Shown: positions 10,101 to 22,453 of the stretch, piece after piece
How positions within the stretch are numbered: position 1 is the first letter of the stretch
Layout of the letters: the number at the start of each line of letters is the position of its first letter
Assembly (NCBI GenBank): GCA_021613535.1
Contig: CP075494.1
Location: 10,664,001 to 10,728,000 of the forward strand
Source of the DNA: Adineta vaga
Lineage: Eukaryota; Animalia; Rotifera
Direction: 5' to 3'
Length of the DNA: 64,000 nucleotides
Position numbers and translations under genes: made by a program
Notes under the pieces: generated by a model
Database searches by the model: none
What the model saw: the letters and a program-made list of their open reading frames with translations, nothing else
What the model was told of the DNA's origin: nothing

Positions 10101-12644
10101 TAGGATGATTCTCTATTCATTCTTGTTTAATTGACCCCTTAGAACTCTAGCCGTTGTATTATATGAATTCTTTTTATTGTTTCACCTTTTTCAGTCATGG
10201 ATCGCTTGTATCAATTAAAAATGCTGCTCAAACGTACTCTTATCGAACTGAATCTTTTCAAAATATATCCAAGCGATGTTCGTCAAATCCGTCATCAACA
10301 CGTTGCTACTTGGCTTTACATAGTTATTCTTTTATCTACCTGTGTCATTCTCACTTGCTATTCATGTATTATCTCGGAAACTTATCATGAAATAGTGAAA
10401 TATCCAACTCAGTCTCAATTCTCCAATCTTCTATCACTCTATCCGGTATCTCTTCAATGTCCATGCTCATCTATCTCAATCCCATATAATACATTTCTCA
10501 ACCTAGAACCACAATATCATCAAGTATGCTCAAGTGATTTCGTTTCTACAGCGTGGCTTGCCTGGTTGAATGAAATAAGTAGCTCCACTGCCAACTATGC
10601 AGATTTCAGAAATAATGGTCCTGCTTATTTCCATATTCTCGCCTTATTATGCAAAGAGGCTATAAAAACTGTTACTAATGCTCTTCAACAATTTCTCCAA
10701 GAGAAATATATTACGGCTCAAGTGGTTTCTCAACAGGTGTTTGCATCACAAATAGCAGCGTTCATTAGCAGCTGGAAAGTGGCGACAATGAATAACTTTC
10801 TCCGACCATTCCAATTGATTTCAGCTATTCAGCAAGGAAATCATCTGGGAGCTACATTTTCGAATGTGCTGTTCAGTATTACTGATTCAAACGAGTTCCA
10901 AGTGGATTCGGTTGAATCGCTCTACAAAAACTGTTCATGTCTACTGTTAAGATCATGTCTTGCGCAGATGCGTATCTATCATCAACCTGCCGGCGAGGAT
11001 TACTACCTTATATTGACCCCTGTGGTGGGCTTAGTGGCTGGATGTTTTCAAGTGGAAGCCTTGTTAACATCAACATTGGACTGTTTCTACCGTAAAAACT
11101 GCCTTGACATAATGTTTCATTTTGTTAAAATGGTAGTTTCGGACACACGAAATATCACTGTTACTTCACTCGATCCAAGTCTAAACGATGTAAGTGAAAC
11201 TATCGAGTCTCTCGTCAAGCGACTCTTTGTCGATAGTTGGTACGATTCGTCCTCGAATAATTCATTTTCCGCCTATTATCAAGCGTGTTCACCACAGTCA
11301 TGCGCTTTCCAGCGCACTGGCCGACGCAGTATCATTACTATCATAGCGACGATCATTGGCATTTTTGGTGGACTGACAACAGGCTTGAAAATTTTACTTT
11401 CCGTTCTCCTTCGTGTATTCGCCAAGGTAAGATCAGATCGATCTTTTCGTAGTCATTTTGGTTCTGCTAAAATTTGGTTTTTCACTTTGTGCAATCAAGA
11501 ACGCTTAGCTAGTCGATTACATACCCTGCTACTCTTAATAACTCTCACGGCACTTTATCTCGCATCCTCGATCACACTTCAAACCCAAACAGAACAAGTC
11601 GCCAAGCCATCTTTTCAAATTTATGAACATCTCCACCTTCTATATCCAGCAACACTGCAATGTTCATGCTCAAAAATATCAATTAAGTACCAATCTTTCA
11701 TGAATTTGACAATCATACGACAACACCAACTGTGCTCGAGCGATTTTGTGTCTGACCAGTGGATTACAACACTACTTTTGCCTAACATTCTATCTACTTA
11801 TTCTCCTTTCGAATTTCGAAAAGTAGCTATTGGTCATTTCCAACTTCTTTCTTTACTATGTCAACTCACACAACAACATCTGAGCGATGCGATTTCCGAT
11901 CTTGTCACTAAGAATTTCGTCGAATCTCAGCTGGTTTTACCTACCGCTTTCAACATGCAAATTCAAGCAGTTATTGACCGATTTCAATTGGCAACAATCA
12001 ACTCGTTTTTGATCACACTTCAAGTTGTTCGTGATATGTTCAATGACAATAAACTTATTTCAATCTTCGAGACGAATTGGAAGTGGATGAACCCAGAATA
12101 TAGCTTTGAATCTTTTTTTGGAGCAGTTATACATACAAAACCAGTCGTCTATGGCACTTGTGATTGTGGCTTGTTCCCACAGTGTGTTCAAGCTGGTATT
12201 GTGTCGAACAACTTGACCATTCCTGGACTCATGGTTGGCTGTTATCCGCTTGAAGCTCTACTTCAGTCAACATTCGAGTGTTTGTATAATACATCGTGTT
12301 TTCATCTACTTCAAACATTAAATGGATCGTTCACACCGTTAGATGCATCCGTTCCAAGTCGATATAAACTTAATTCAAGCGTTGAATTCATTCTTAGCCA
12401 ACTAATGATCGAAGAATGGTTCAGTAATATTTCGTACGAAAACTATTATGCTGAGTGTGCGCCATCCTCTTGCTCCTACTCATATCTCACGCATCGTCCG
12501 GCTGTTGACGTTCTTACCATTATTCTCGGACTCTATGGTGGTTTAGTTATCATTATGAATGTTGTTGTTTTGATACTACTCGCTTTATGGAAACAAATCA
12601 TCGACTATCGACGATTAACTCGAATTCAAACCATCAATAATTGA
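7137..12644 (+). CDS. ~1235-aa membrane protein of three tandem ~400-aa modules (TM - Cys-rich ectodomain - TM); two exons, 7137-8394 and 10195-12644
   Basis: Donor CCAT|GTGAGT (8395) and acceptor TTTTTCAG|TC ATG (10194) join ORFs 7083-8423 and 10197-12644 in frame (T+TC = Phe). Each module has C(P/S)CS..ISI.Y..F, HQ(V/L)CSSDFVS..W, GL..GC....LEC-like, Y...C.P.SC and G(L/I)xGGL motifs. Confidence 0.85.
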
Positions 12645-12991
12645 GTAGCAGACTCCAAAATGAGACAAGATTTTGTTGCCTTGTTTTGCCTCGTTTCATA
12701 AAATTGCAAGGCTAAAAATCTTTCTATTTCTGTCATGTTAAAACATAGAGAAAATCAGTAAACGAGAGATAACAGTCATATGAAATATTTTTTAGATAAA
12801 CGATTGATTATTGCATGTTGAAAAATAATCATCAGCTGAATTTTGGTTGGTGTTACGGAACTAACCATATTAAAAGTATTAGCCTTTTTTTTACCACGTC
12901 ACATGCATTTGAAGTTTTCTTCGATGATATTCTTCTAAACTAAAAACTCAGCCATCTGAAAAAGCTGTTGAGTATTTGTGGATAAAGTTTC

Positions 12992-13154
12992 GGGGTGAAT
13001 GTAGGTGAGAATGTTGGTGTAGATGAAGAAAAGAGATCCTTACACCGCTCACCCACACAACAGTCTCAATCTCACTCACAATGCTCCCTCTTGAGGGTGT
13101 GAGTAAGGGTGTGGATGTGTGTCAAGAAGATATACACACACACACACCACACCC
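12992..13154. repeat. Tandem hairpin elements with telomere-like arms
   Basis: TGAGGG TGTGAG TAAGGG TGTGGA TGTGTG TCAAGAAGATATA CACACA...CCACACCC (13092-13154), preceded by a more degenerate G-arm/C-arm pair at 12992-13080. Confidence 0.6.
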
Positions 13155-13378
13155 GCAAGATCTATCAGAGCAACACTCTTACATACGATAGATGGGAAAT
13201 ACCATTAAGAGTAAAATCAATCAGTGGCGGCACATTTAATAAATATTTCGAATCCATGTTTTCCCTTTCTTCTATTGGATTAACTTTTCATGGCTTAATC
13301 ATCATCATTTCAATTCTATATATATATATATATATATGATACAGAAATAGACAAAAGAAAGAAGCTATACGTGTTATT

Positions 13379-13738
13379 ATGCCTCTTATCTATCATCTTG
13401 CACCTTCTTCACGATGGTTTTCATGGCCAGAAGAAAAATCTTATTTACCACCAGACTATGAGCAAGAAGGTTTTATTCATTGTACATCAGGTGATGAATT
13501 AATGCTTAAAGTAGCTAATCGATTTTATCGAAATGTTTCTGGTGATTATGTTCTACTTGTTCTCGATACAACAAAACTAAAGAATCCTCCATCCGAAGTC
13601 AAATGGGAACCAGCATCGGATTTCGATGCACTTTTCCCACATATCTATGGTGCTATTGATCGTAATGCAGTTGTTGAAGTTCGACAATTTCAACGAACAG
13701 ATGATGGAACATTTGTTGGATGGACAAATTCAAATTAG
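13379..13738 (+). CDS. DUF952 family protein (119 aa, intronless)
   Basis: Typical DUF952 motifs: IYHL, EGFIHCT, VANRFY, VKWE, FPHIYGAI..AVVEV. Confidence 0.9.
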   Translation: MPLIYHLAPSSRWFSWPEEKSYLPPDYEQEGFIHCTSGDELMLKVANRFYRNVSGDYVLLVLDTTKLKNPPSEVKWEPASDFDALFPHIYGAIDRNAVVEVRQFQRTDDGTFVGWTNSN

Positions 13739-14313
13739 AGCAATAGTTTTTACTCTAAAATCTTTTGTTTTTGCTTCCAAATAAAATAACCAGCCATTGA
13801 TATTACATCAAAATAGCAAAAATATTTGTGCTTAATTTATAAATAAACTTTAATCTGCATTGCAAAGATTTGTTGTAAATGGAAATATTAATATTAATAT
13901 AATGTTCATCGGTCAGTATACAACTCCATCTGTTGAGAAGATGATATTTTTTCTATATAAATTCCTATTGAAAAATATTTATTTCAAATGAAAGAATATT
14001 ACTTAAATTTAATAAGTTTGAATTTTATTTGACATACAAAAACTTCAAAAAAATTCTTTTTCAACTCTCTGCAGTACTGGCGTCTTAATCATCGATTGAT
14101 AATCTTGCGCCACAAGCTTTGTCATACTTTTTTTCTCGCATCTTTTTATTCATCCATTACAACTATATACTTGTAGCTGTTGAAATAATCAAGTCGTGTC
14201 TGATAACATCATTTTACTGACCTTTCTACTACTATTCTTTGTTAAATTCGTTTTCTTTTGTGTTTTATTTAACTGTGTCTGTTTAAGATCCCGGTGTTGA
14301 TAACATCGACTGT

Positions 14314-16055
14314 ATGGCCGAACAGCCACAAGAATCATCAGACAAAAATGTCGAAATATGGAAAATTAAAAAATTAATTAAAAGTTTAGAAGCAGCTAGA
14401 GGCAATGGTACAAGCATGATTTCATTGATCATTCCACCTCGAGATCAAATACCACGTATTGCTAAAATGCTCGCTGATGAATATGGTACAGCATCTAACA
14501 TCAAATCACGTGTCAATCGATTATCTGTCCTTTCTGCCATTACTTCAGTACAAGCTCGACTCAAACTTTATAATAAAGGTTTATTTTTAATATTGAACAC
14601 GCAAAGAATTCTAAAAAAAGTCGTTTATTATTATTTCTAGTACCAAACAATGGTCTTGTTATCTATTGTGGGACAATAGTCACCGATGATGGAAAAGAAA
14701 AGAAAGTCAACATCGATTTTGAACCTTTTAAACCAATCAATACTTCATTGTATCTTTGTGACAATAAATTTCATACCGAAGTATGTTTTTATCGATAATT
14801 ACTAAAGTATTGATTGAGTTATGCTCCTTAGAATCACATGTTTCTATTTTCTAATGACTTAACATAAACACTGTTTTCTTTCTGATAGGCATTACAAGCA
14901 TTATTAGCTGATGATTCTCGCTTTGGCTTCATCGTTATGGATGGTAATGGTGCATTATTTGGCACCTTACAAGGCAATTCTCGTGAAGTGATCACCAAAT
15001 TTTCAGTTGATTTACCAAAAAAACATGGTCGTGGTGGTCAAAGTGCTCTTCGATTTGCTCGACTTCGTATGGAAAAACGTCATAACTACGTTCGAAAAGT
15101 TGCTGAAACAGCTGTTCAATGTTTCATCACAGATGATAAAGTCAATGTTGCTGGACTTATTCTTGCTGGTTTAGCTGATTTTAAAACTGAACTTCATCAA
15201 TCTGATATGTTCGACGCTGTAAGATTGAACTTCTGTGGCGTTTATAAAAACTTCATATGCTTGTCTTTTTAAGCGTTTACAAGTCAAAGTATTGAAACGT
15301 GTCGATGTGTCATATGGTGGAGAAAATGGTTTCAATCAAGCTATTGAATTAGCAGCTGAAACACTTGGTGATGTGAAATTCATTCAAGAGAAGAAATTGA
15401 TTTGTAAGAAAAACAATTACTCTTTTATCTACTAAATATGATCATAAAACGTTTTCTTTAGCTCGATATTTTGATGAAGTCTCACGTGATTCTGGTCAAT
15501 ATTGTTTCGGTATTGAAGAAACACTTAAAGCCCTGGAAATGGGTGCTGTCGAAACATTGATTGTTTGGGAAAATTTCGAGGTTATGCGTTATGTTTTACG
15601 TAATCCACAGTCACAAGAAACGAAAGTTTTACACTTACGAGCCGATCAAGAAAAGGAAAAAACTCATTTTCAAGATAAAGAATCAGGAGTGGAATTAGAA
15701 CATGTGGAAGAAATGCCTTTATTAGAATGGTTTGCCAATAATTACAAAAATTTTGGTAATTTATACATCCCATTTGTTAAATTAATTTGCAAAAAAACTA
15801 TTTGTCTTTAAAAATTCTAGGAGCTACATTGGAAATTGTTACTGATAAAAGCCAAGAAGGTTCTCAGTTCGTTCGTGGATTTGGTGGCGTCGGAGGTATC
15901 CTTCGATACAAAGTTGATCTTCAAAATTTGAATGTCGATGAAGATGCTGAACCAATTGATTACAGTAAGATACAAAAATATTTCCTATTATAACTTTTCA
16001 ATCTTATTTCTTGTTTTTTTCTCTCTCTTAACTATTTCTAGGTGATTATGATTAA
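14314..16055 (+). CDS. ETF1: Eukaryotic peptide chain release factor 1; exons 14314-14578, 14641-14780, 14889-15218, 15274-15403, 15462-15755, 15821-15964, 16042-16055
   Basis: GTSMISL, TASNIKS, YLCDNKF and GRGGQSA motifs. All six introns are GT-AG and phase-compatible. Confidence 0.98.
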
Positions 16056-16450
16056 ACATTATCGTTCGAAATAATTCAACACTCTTCTCTTGTTAATGTT
16101 CGTTTTCTTTTCTTTTTTTATTTACCAGAGCTCTTACATATTTGATGTCTCTTTCGTTTTCCTTATACAATCGAAAAGGATATCGAATATGACAAGAAGA
16201 AAAACTAAGACGAAGAGCAAGAGTCAAAAAAAAATAAAAAATGATGTTATGTTTAAAAGATGACTCTATCTTTATTTTAAAGACAATTTATATTCATTCT
16301 AATTAAGTACCGATAAAGAAATTCAAATATGTATTTATTTTGTAAACAGATCATCTAATGAAGAAAAAAAAGGCATTCCCATACAAAAAAAAACCGTCAT
16401 TATTTCTTGATATACGGACGGATGCGAGAATAATTTGGAATGGTAATAAT

Positions 16451-19422
16451 TTATGTACAATTAATTAAATTTGAACGATAATGAATGATCGCTGATATAT
16501 CACGTCGTTTGAGAATTTCTTTAATAGAAACATATTGATGTTTAGAAATGATTGGATCATCAGATCGAATCAATTCTAAGGTTTTTTCAAATGATTCATT
16601 TGGATTTGTTGTTACTGGAAAGATTTTTAATGTCCATAGAGATTGATCATTTTCATCATCAAATAAATGTGTAACGTCACAATGCAATTTTTTTGCAAGA
16701 GTTAAAAGTGTTTGACCAAAATAGTTGAGAGATTTATCATTAGTTTTATATATTGCTTTCATATTATCACGAAAACCAAATGCAAATGTTGCGTATTGTT
16801 CAGCATTCAATGGAATTGTTTGCATTATTAAATTTGATGGAAGTTGAAGAATATTTCCATGTAGATTTGTATATGTTAAAAGTGTTATATTACTTAAGAT
16901 CGTATTTTCACCTATTTCAATTGGAATACCAATACAACAATATTCTAATAATGAACGCTTCGATGAACGACATTGTGGATGAATGAAACTATGTATGATA
17001 CAACCATGAACATCAGGAGCGGATGGTTGATGATGTAATGTATCACCATGAGGTAATGCTGGAAGAATACTAAATCGAAGAAGAAAAAGAATTAATGAGA
17101 ACGTTCTATCTATCTTAGATTTCAATCTTTTTTTTCTTCTTCTTACCCATGCCAAAAATCGACTGTATCATGTCGTCCTTCGTCAAATACTTTACAACCA
17201 ACATGTTTTTCTAATTTCAATGCATCAAATATTTCATGGCCTGTTTCATTATTTCCACAACAAATATCCAGGTATTCATCATTAGTACCTGTATGATTGA
17301 ATGACGATTTATGTAGAATAACGACCTGTAAATGACATCCAAGTAATGTATCATAAATCTTTTGTTTTATTCGTAAAGATTGTTGATTCACATCATTCTC
17401 TTTTCCAACTGGCCGTGGTAATGGACAGACACCTAATGGACTCATAAAATCTCCATAACAGTCAATTTCACATTTCATATCAGATTCTTGACGATAGATT
17501 TCAGCTAAACGTTGAGCAATATTCGAATTGAAGTAATATAAACTATCGGTGTAAACAAATTCTTCTTCACCATGACACCAAATAGCTTTATGCTGTCTCA
17601 TTTGTTCAATAGTTGGTTTTTGTAATACACAAACACATTTCTGTTTATCTGTTGGATCAAGAACATAAACACCATGTTGTGTACCAACAGAAAGTGATGA
17701 TGGATGTGCAAAAGCAACAAAATCTTCTGTTAACATCCAATTAACATTTGTAGGTGGTTCATCAAATAATTCAATTGTATCTGACGAGCAGAGAAATACA
17801 CCTCCATGAGGCATACGAGCCGGAAATAATGAATAAAGTGCTAATTTAATATCGAATAAGTCATATGTTGGCCAACCTACACATGCAAATCAAATTTTAC
17901 TCATTATACTGATGTTCATTATTAGTAAATGTATTTTTCTATCAAAATTTGAGACCTTCACAGTAACATCGATCGATTCTTTATTCACTCTTTCACTTCA
18001 TATGATCATAACACGTGATTTTTTTTCTTATTACTCGTACAATTCAGTCTTTTACTCTGTGTACATTGAATCAATGGTTAATCATGCATATATACTTCGA
18101 CTTTTTTTTGTCAATACTCATTCAATCGCTTTTCATTGTACCTTTTGGAATACTTGTTGAGATTTTTCCTAGACAACTTGTTGTCGGTGTTCTTTGAGAA
18201 TAACCACCTGCATGAATCAATAAGATTCGTTTTTGCTTTAAAACTTTCCAACCATATTGTTGTTCAAGTACATGCATAGCATGCATTGTACTTCCACCAT
18301 TACCTAAAGAGTAGAAGAAGAAGAAATATTATCTTCAATCGATGACCTTGTCCTTGATGACAACGTCACTTCTCTTCTTTTTTTCTCATTTTTTTTTACA
18401 TAACCTCAGTCAATTACGTAAACCATGTCGCCGCGTCCATTTACTAGTAGCAAGTGTTTGACTTTTTTTCTCTCTATGTTCATTCTCTTTCGTAACATGA
18501 TTATGATTCCTTCTAAATTGCGTAATCAATAACGATGGATCGCTCATGTGAGTTACTTTCAAATCTAATGTCTATTGTAAAAGAAGATGCTAGTTGAGAA
18601 TAGTTACATAAAATGTGTTATGTCTGTTTTAAGCTATCACTAGTCAAATGCTAATAATCGCCCTACCATAGTCACTCGATTGTGTTGTTACAACATTTCC
18701 CTTCTTGTTCTTCTTCTGATTATGTAAAAAACGAAGAAGAAGAAGAAGAGAACGGGATGACGCATTGGGAACAAGATGAATTTGTTTCTTTCAAATCCAT
18801 TGAAAATGATCGAAGCGCATGTGTATATATGTCTTTATTATATCATCGTACTATGCCGAGTTACTTAACGCATGCTCATGTGTGAGTGTCTTCTTCTTTT
18901 TCTTTGAAGGAGCACAATCACAATCAAGATGACATAATATCTCTTACCAATCTTGCCAGGATCAGTAATGACGAGATAGTCGACACCAAGTGGTATACGA
19001 TTAATTGTTGAACGTTGTTGTATTAAAGCATCATAAGCGTCTTTCTGGACAATGTCCAATGTAGTAACAACAACAATATCCCAGTAAATGACATCATGTT
19101 CTAAATGACGTACATCCCAACCTAGATTAGAAAACAAAATAAGCAAAAAACAATAACAAGAAAATAGGTATGATGAAATTACTGTTTATAACTTTTAGAA
19201 CATCAGTAGAAAATGTCCGATAAGAGAGTACACACGTAAACAACTGTATAGAAAGAGAAATGACCTTCAACTATGATTCATGGAATTACATTTCGTGCCT
19301 TGAAATAGTCTTTTTCTTTCCCTTTCTTCGTTTATGAGTACATGTGTATGTACTTTTTTGTCTATATGATGAATCTTGTTTTTGTTGTTGTTACTTTTTC
19401 ATACTCGGTAAACGGATAACAT
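16451..19422 (-). CDS. FPGT: Fucose-1-phosphate guanylyltransferase (multi-exon; start uncertain)
   Basis: Exons encode WDIVVVTT..QKDAY, DPGKIGNGGSTMHA, ILLIHAGGYSQRTP..SCLGKI, AFAHPSSLSVGTQHGVYVLD, VLQKPT, EIDCYGDFM and LLEYC..IEIGENTILSN. Putative first exon MLSVYR starts at 19422. Confidence 0.92.
18396..18611. promoter_or_regulatory. Cluster of C/EBP- or PAR-bZIP-type sites in an FPGT intron
   Basis: TTACATAA (18396), TTACGTAA (18414), TTTCGTAA (18488), TTGCGTAA (18518), TTACATAA (18604). Confidence 0.35.
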
Positions 19423-20428
19423 GATGACGTTTCGTGTCGTCATCATTGTTGCAATCGTTAAGATTCGAGAAAGAAAGAAGAAAGAAAGAAAGAACGCAAG
19501 AAAATGGAGGATAGAAAGGTTGAAAAAAAAGATGATGTTAGTATTACGTGTCGAGTTAATGTTGGTAGTAGTAGTTTTTTCTTTCTTCAGTATCGATCCG
19601 CACTATTACAGTATATAAATTCATCTCGTCTTTCTTTTCACAACACACGCGTAAGTTACACGTTGCAAAAAAATTGCAAAGACATTGAAATAAACATTTC
19701 TAATCGACGACGAATTACCAAACTTTCACAAGACTTAGTGACGTTAACTAATTTTATTACATATATATGGGCTATATTACATAGAAACATGGTTACAGAT
19801 TTCATCAGCTTTGGGAATTCTTCGAAAATTTTGTGTCAAACGGCTACTGGTTTTGGATATTTTGTAAATACATACATCATTAATAATGGGTAGGGTGATT
19901 ATCTTATGTTCTCTATGTATGTCTGTCTATGCCCTCTTGCCCTCGTCCTTCTCTTTCTCTTTCTCCTTCTCTCATTAACGTGAGTGTGTCTAGTCTAGAT
20001 AGAGTGTGATATACACAGACGAGTAAGTTCTCTTTACTTCGATCGCCAATACAAATGTTTGATGCCAATCAAACATTAAGAAAGAAGAAAAAAAAACGAA
20101 GAAGCGAAGAGAAGAGAAGAGAAGAGAGAAGGAGAGACGAACGTCCTCGTCGTCGCCTTTTGCATATGAACGGAAGGTCACGACCATATACATGCACATT
20201 CACATGTATGTCGACCAGAAAATAAGTAAGACATTCATGTACTCATGTTGTTAGATGAATATGTGAGTAACCTGCGTTTTCTTAAATTATGGTTCTTTTT
20301 TTTTATATTCACACTTATAGAACAGATAATTTTAAAATATCCTTGACAGCAAAGTAAACAAAAATATCTTTCCGATTAATGTTCACGAAAAGTTTTTCTT
20401 TCTCTTCATCATCTTGGTTGAAGAAAAA

Positions 20429-20522
20429 TTGCGTAAGCCACCTTCTATAATTCTAGCAAGCGATTGAGCAACCATGCGCCGGGTTTAGTTATAACTTGCG
20501 CAATGATAGTTTGATTTCGCAA
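20429..20522. promoter_or_regulatory. Cluster of four C/EBP consensus sites upstream of Tribbles
   Basis: TTGCGTAA (20429), TTGAGCAA (20464), TTGCGCAA (20496, perfect palindrome) and TTTCGCAA (20515) lie within 94 bp, ~210-310 bp before the ATG. Confidence 0.6.
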
Positions 20523-20734
20523 CAATACCTTCTCTTTTTCTCCCGCGTTCTTTTCTCTTCTATTCTCTACATATATATATATATATACATATCTCTCTTG
20601 TGAACTTAGCCAGTCGATTCATTATTCTAACCAAGTTATTTCTTCATTCTAGTAATATTGCTTTTGAAATAACATCGATACTAACGTCAGATATTGTTGA
20701 AATACTTTAAAAATTTTATCATCATAAAAAAAAC

Positions 20735-22242
20735 ATGTCTTCTCAAACCTCATCACATCATCAATCAGCTATTAAACCACATGATCTTCGATTGCTAACA
20801 CAGACATCATCAACTTCGACACCGTCCACTCCACTTCCATCAGCAATCGATCCATCTGGTCCTCTTACACCTGATACTGTCGTACTTGTTAATCCATTTG
20901 CCACATTATCTACTACCAATTCTTCTTCTTCTACCATCACCACCACAGTAAATAATCAACCCCCATTACCTTCTGTTCGTCTTATCGGTGATTATGAACT
21001 AAGTGAAACGAAATTTGATGATTTTAAATGTGCACGACATATTCCAAGCGGTGAAGCTCTTCTGTATAAAGAATATCCTCTCGAAATTCTTCGACAACGT
21101 CTTGAACCTTATCAACGTTTAGCATCGATTCTCTTAGCATCAAACATTAATAAACGTTTAATTAATACAATGTCTATGGAACAATTAGCTGCTAAATCAA
21201 ATTTACATTTTTTTCGTGATATTCTATCACTTGAAAGAACTGCCATTGTATTATATCCAAATTATTCCAGCAATTTACATACTTATATCACTGAAAAACA
21301 TCGTCTAAATGAAAATGAATCAAGGAATTTATTTACACAAATTATACGTGCGATACAACTCTGTCATCGTGTGGGATTAATTATTCGTGATTTAAAATTA
21401 CGAAAGATCATATTTAATAATAGTACACATTCACATTTATTACTAACTGGACTTGATGAAGCAATTATGCTTGCAAGTCCAACATCAACTGATGATTTTG
21501 TATCATCACGGTTTTCCTGTCCGGTGTATGCATGTCCTGAGATTGTTTTAAATAGACAAATGTATTCCGGCAAATTAGCTGATTCATGGAGTTTAGGTAA
21601 AAATTTCGAAATTCTTGTCTGTTTTTTTATATCGAAAGAAAAACGTGTGTTTGAGTTCCTGTCGATCTATACACTAGACCGTGAAATGAAAATTACTTTG
21701 TATTAGTTCTGTATAAAATCAAACACGACGGACTCTTCAATGACATTCGAGTTTCGTTTTTTTTTATTGAACTATATTAATTGAAAAAAGACCCTGATAG
21801 TAATTGTCATGGTCAATGATCAAAAACGGACGAAGAAGAGTTATCTTTTTAACAAATTGAAAACTAATTTTTCTCATTCTATTTAGGTATCATTTTGTAT
21901 ACAATGCTTTTTGGTCGATATCCATTTTGCGATCGAACATTAGTAGGTTTATTTATCAAAATTGGTCGGTGTCGTCCTGACATTCCTCGTACAATATCAG
22001 TCAAAGCACGTTCACTGCTCCGTTCTTTAATTCGAGTCAAACCTGATGAACGTCTTCTTGCGCAAGATATTCTTGGACATATTTGGTTTAGTGGTGATCG
22101 TGATACATCACCTATATCAATGAATCCATCTCTGCTTCCAGACGAATCCTTTTTTCTCAATCACAACACAACTTATTCAAATAACAGTAATGAAACGACG
22201 ACAAAAGAGGATGCTGTAGTACCAAATTTTGAATGTGAATAG
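20735..22242 (+). CDS. TRIB: Tribbles pseudokinase; exons 20735-21596 and 21887-22242
   Basis: IRDLKLRK catalytic-loop signature, GLDE at the SLE(D) position, SCPVYACPE, ADSWSLG, GRYPF, ILGHIWF (MEK-binding-like) and C-terminal DAVVPNF (COP1-binding DQxVP-like). Confidence 0.95.
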
Positions 22243-22453
22243 AAATATATATGTATAGAATTCTTCCTTACTTTTTTTCTCCGTCTGTGTTTGCGCTATC
22301 TATATCTTTTTTTTTTGATCAAAGATACAAATAAAAAACTATCTACCAGAAAATTGAAATCATCTATTTACATACCTTTGATTGTTTCATAGAAGAGAAG
22401 TGCTTGTTGTGATGAGAAATTCATTATGATTCAATCTAGAACAAGAAAATCTA

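Noticed and set aside
14314-16055. eRF1 variant implying an altered genetic code
   Set aside because: GTS, NIKS and YxCxxxF motifs are canonical, and genes in the window end in TAA, TAG and TGA.
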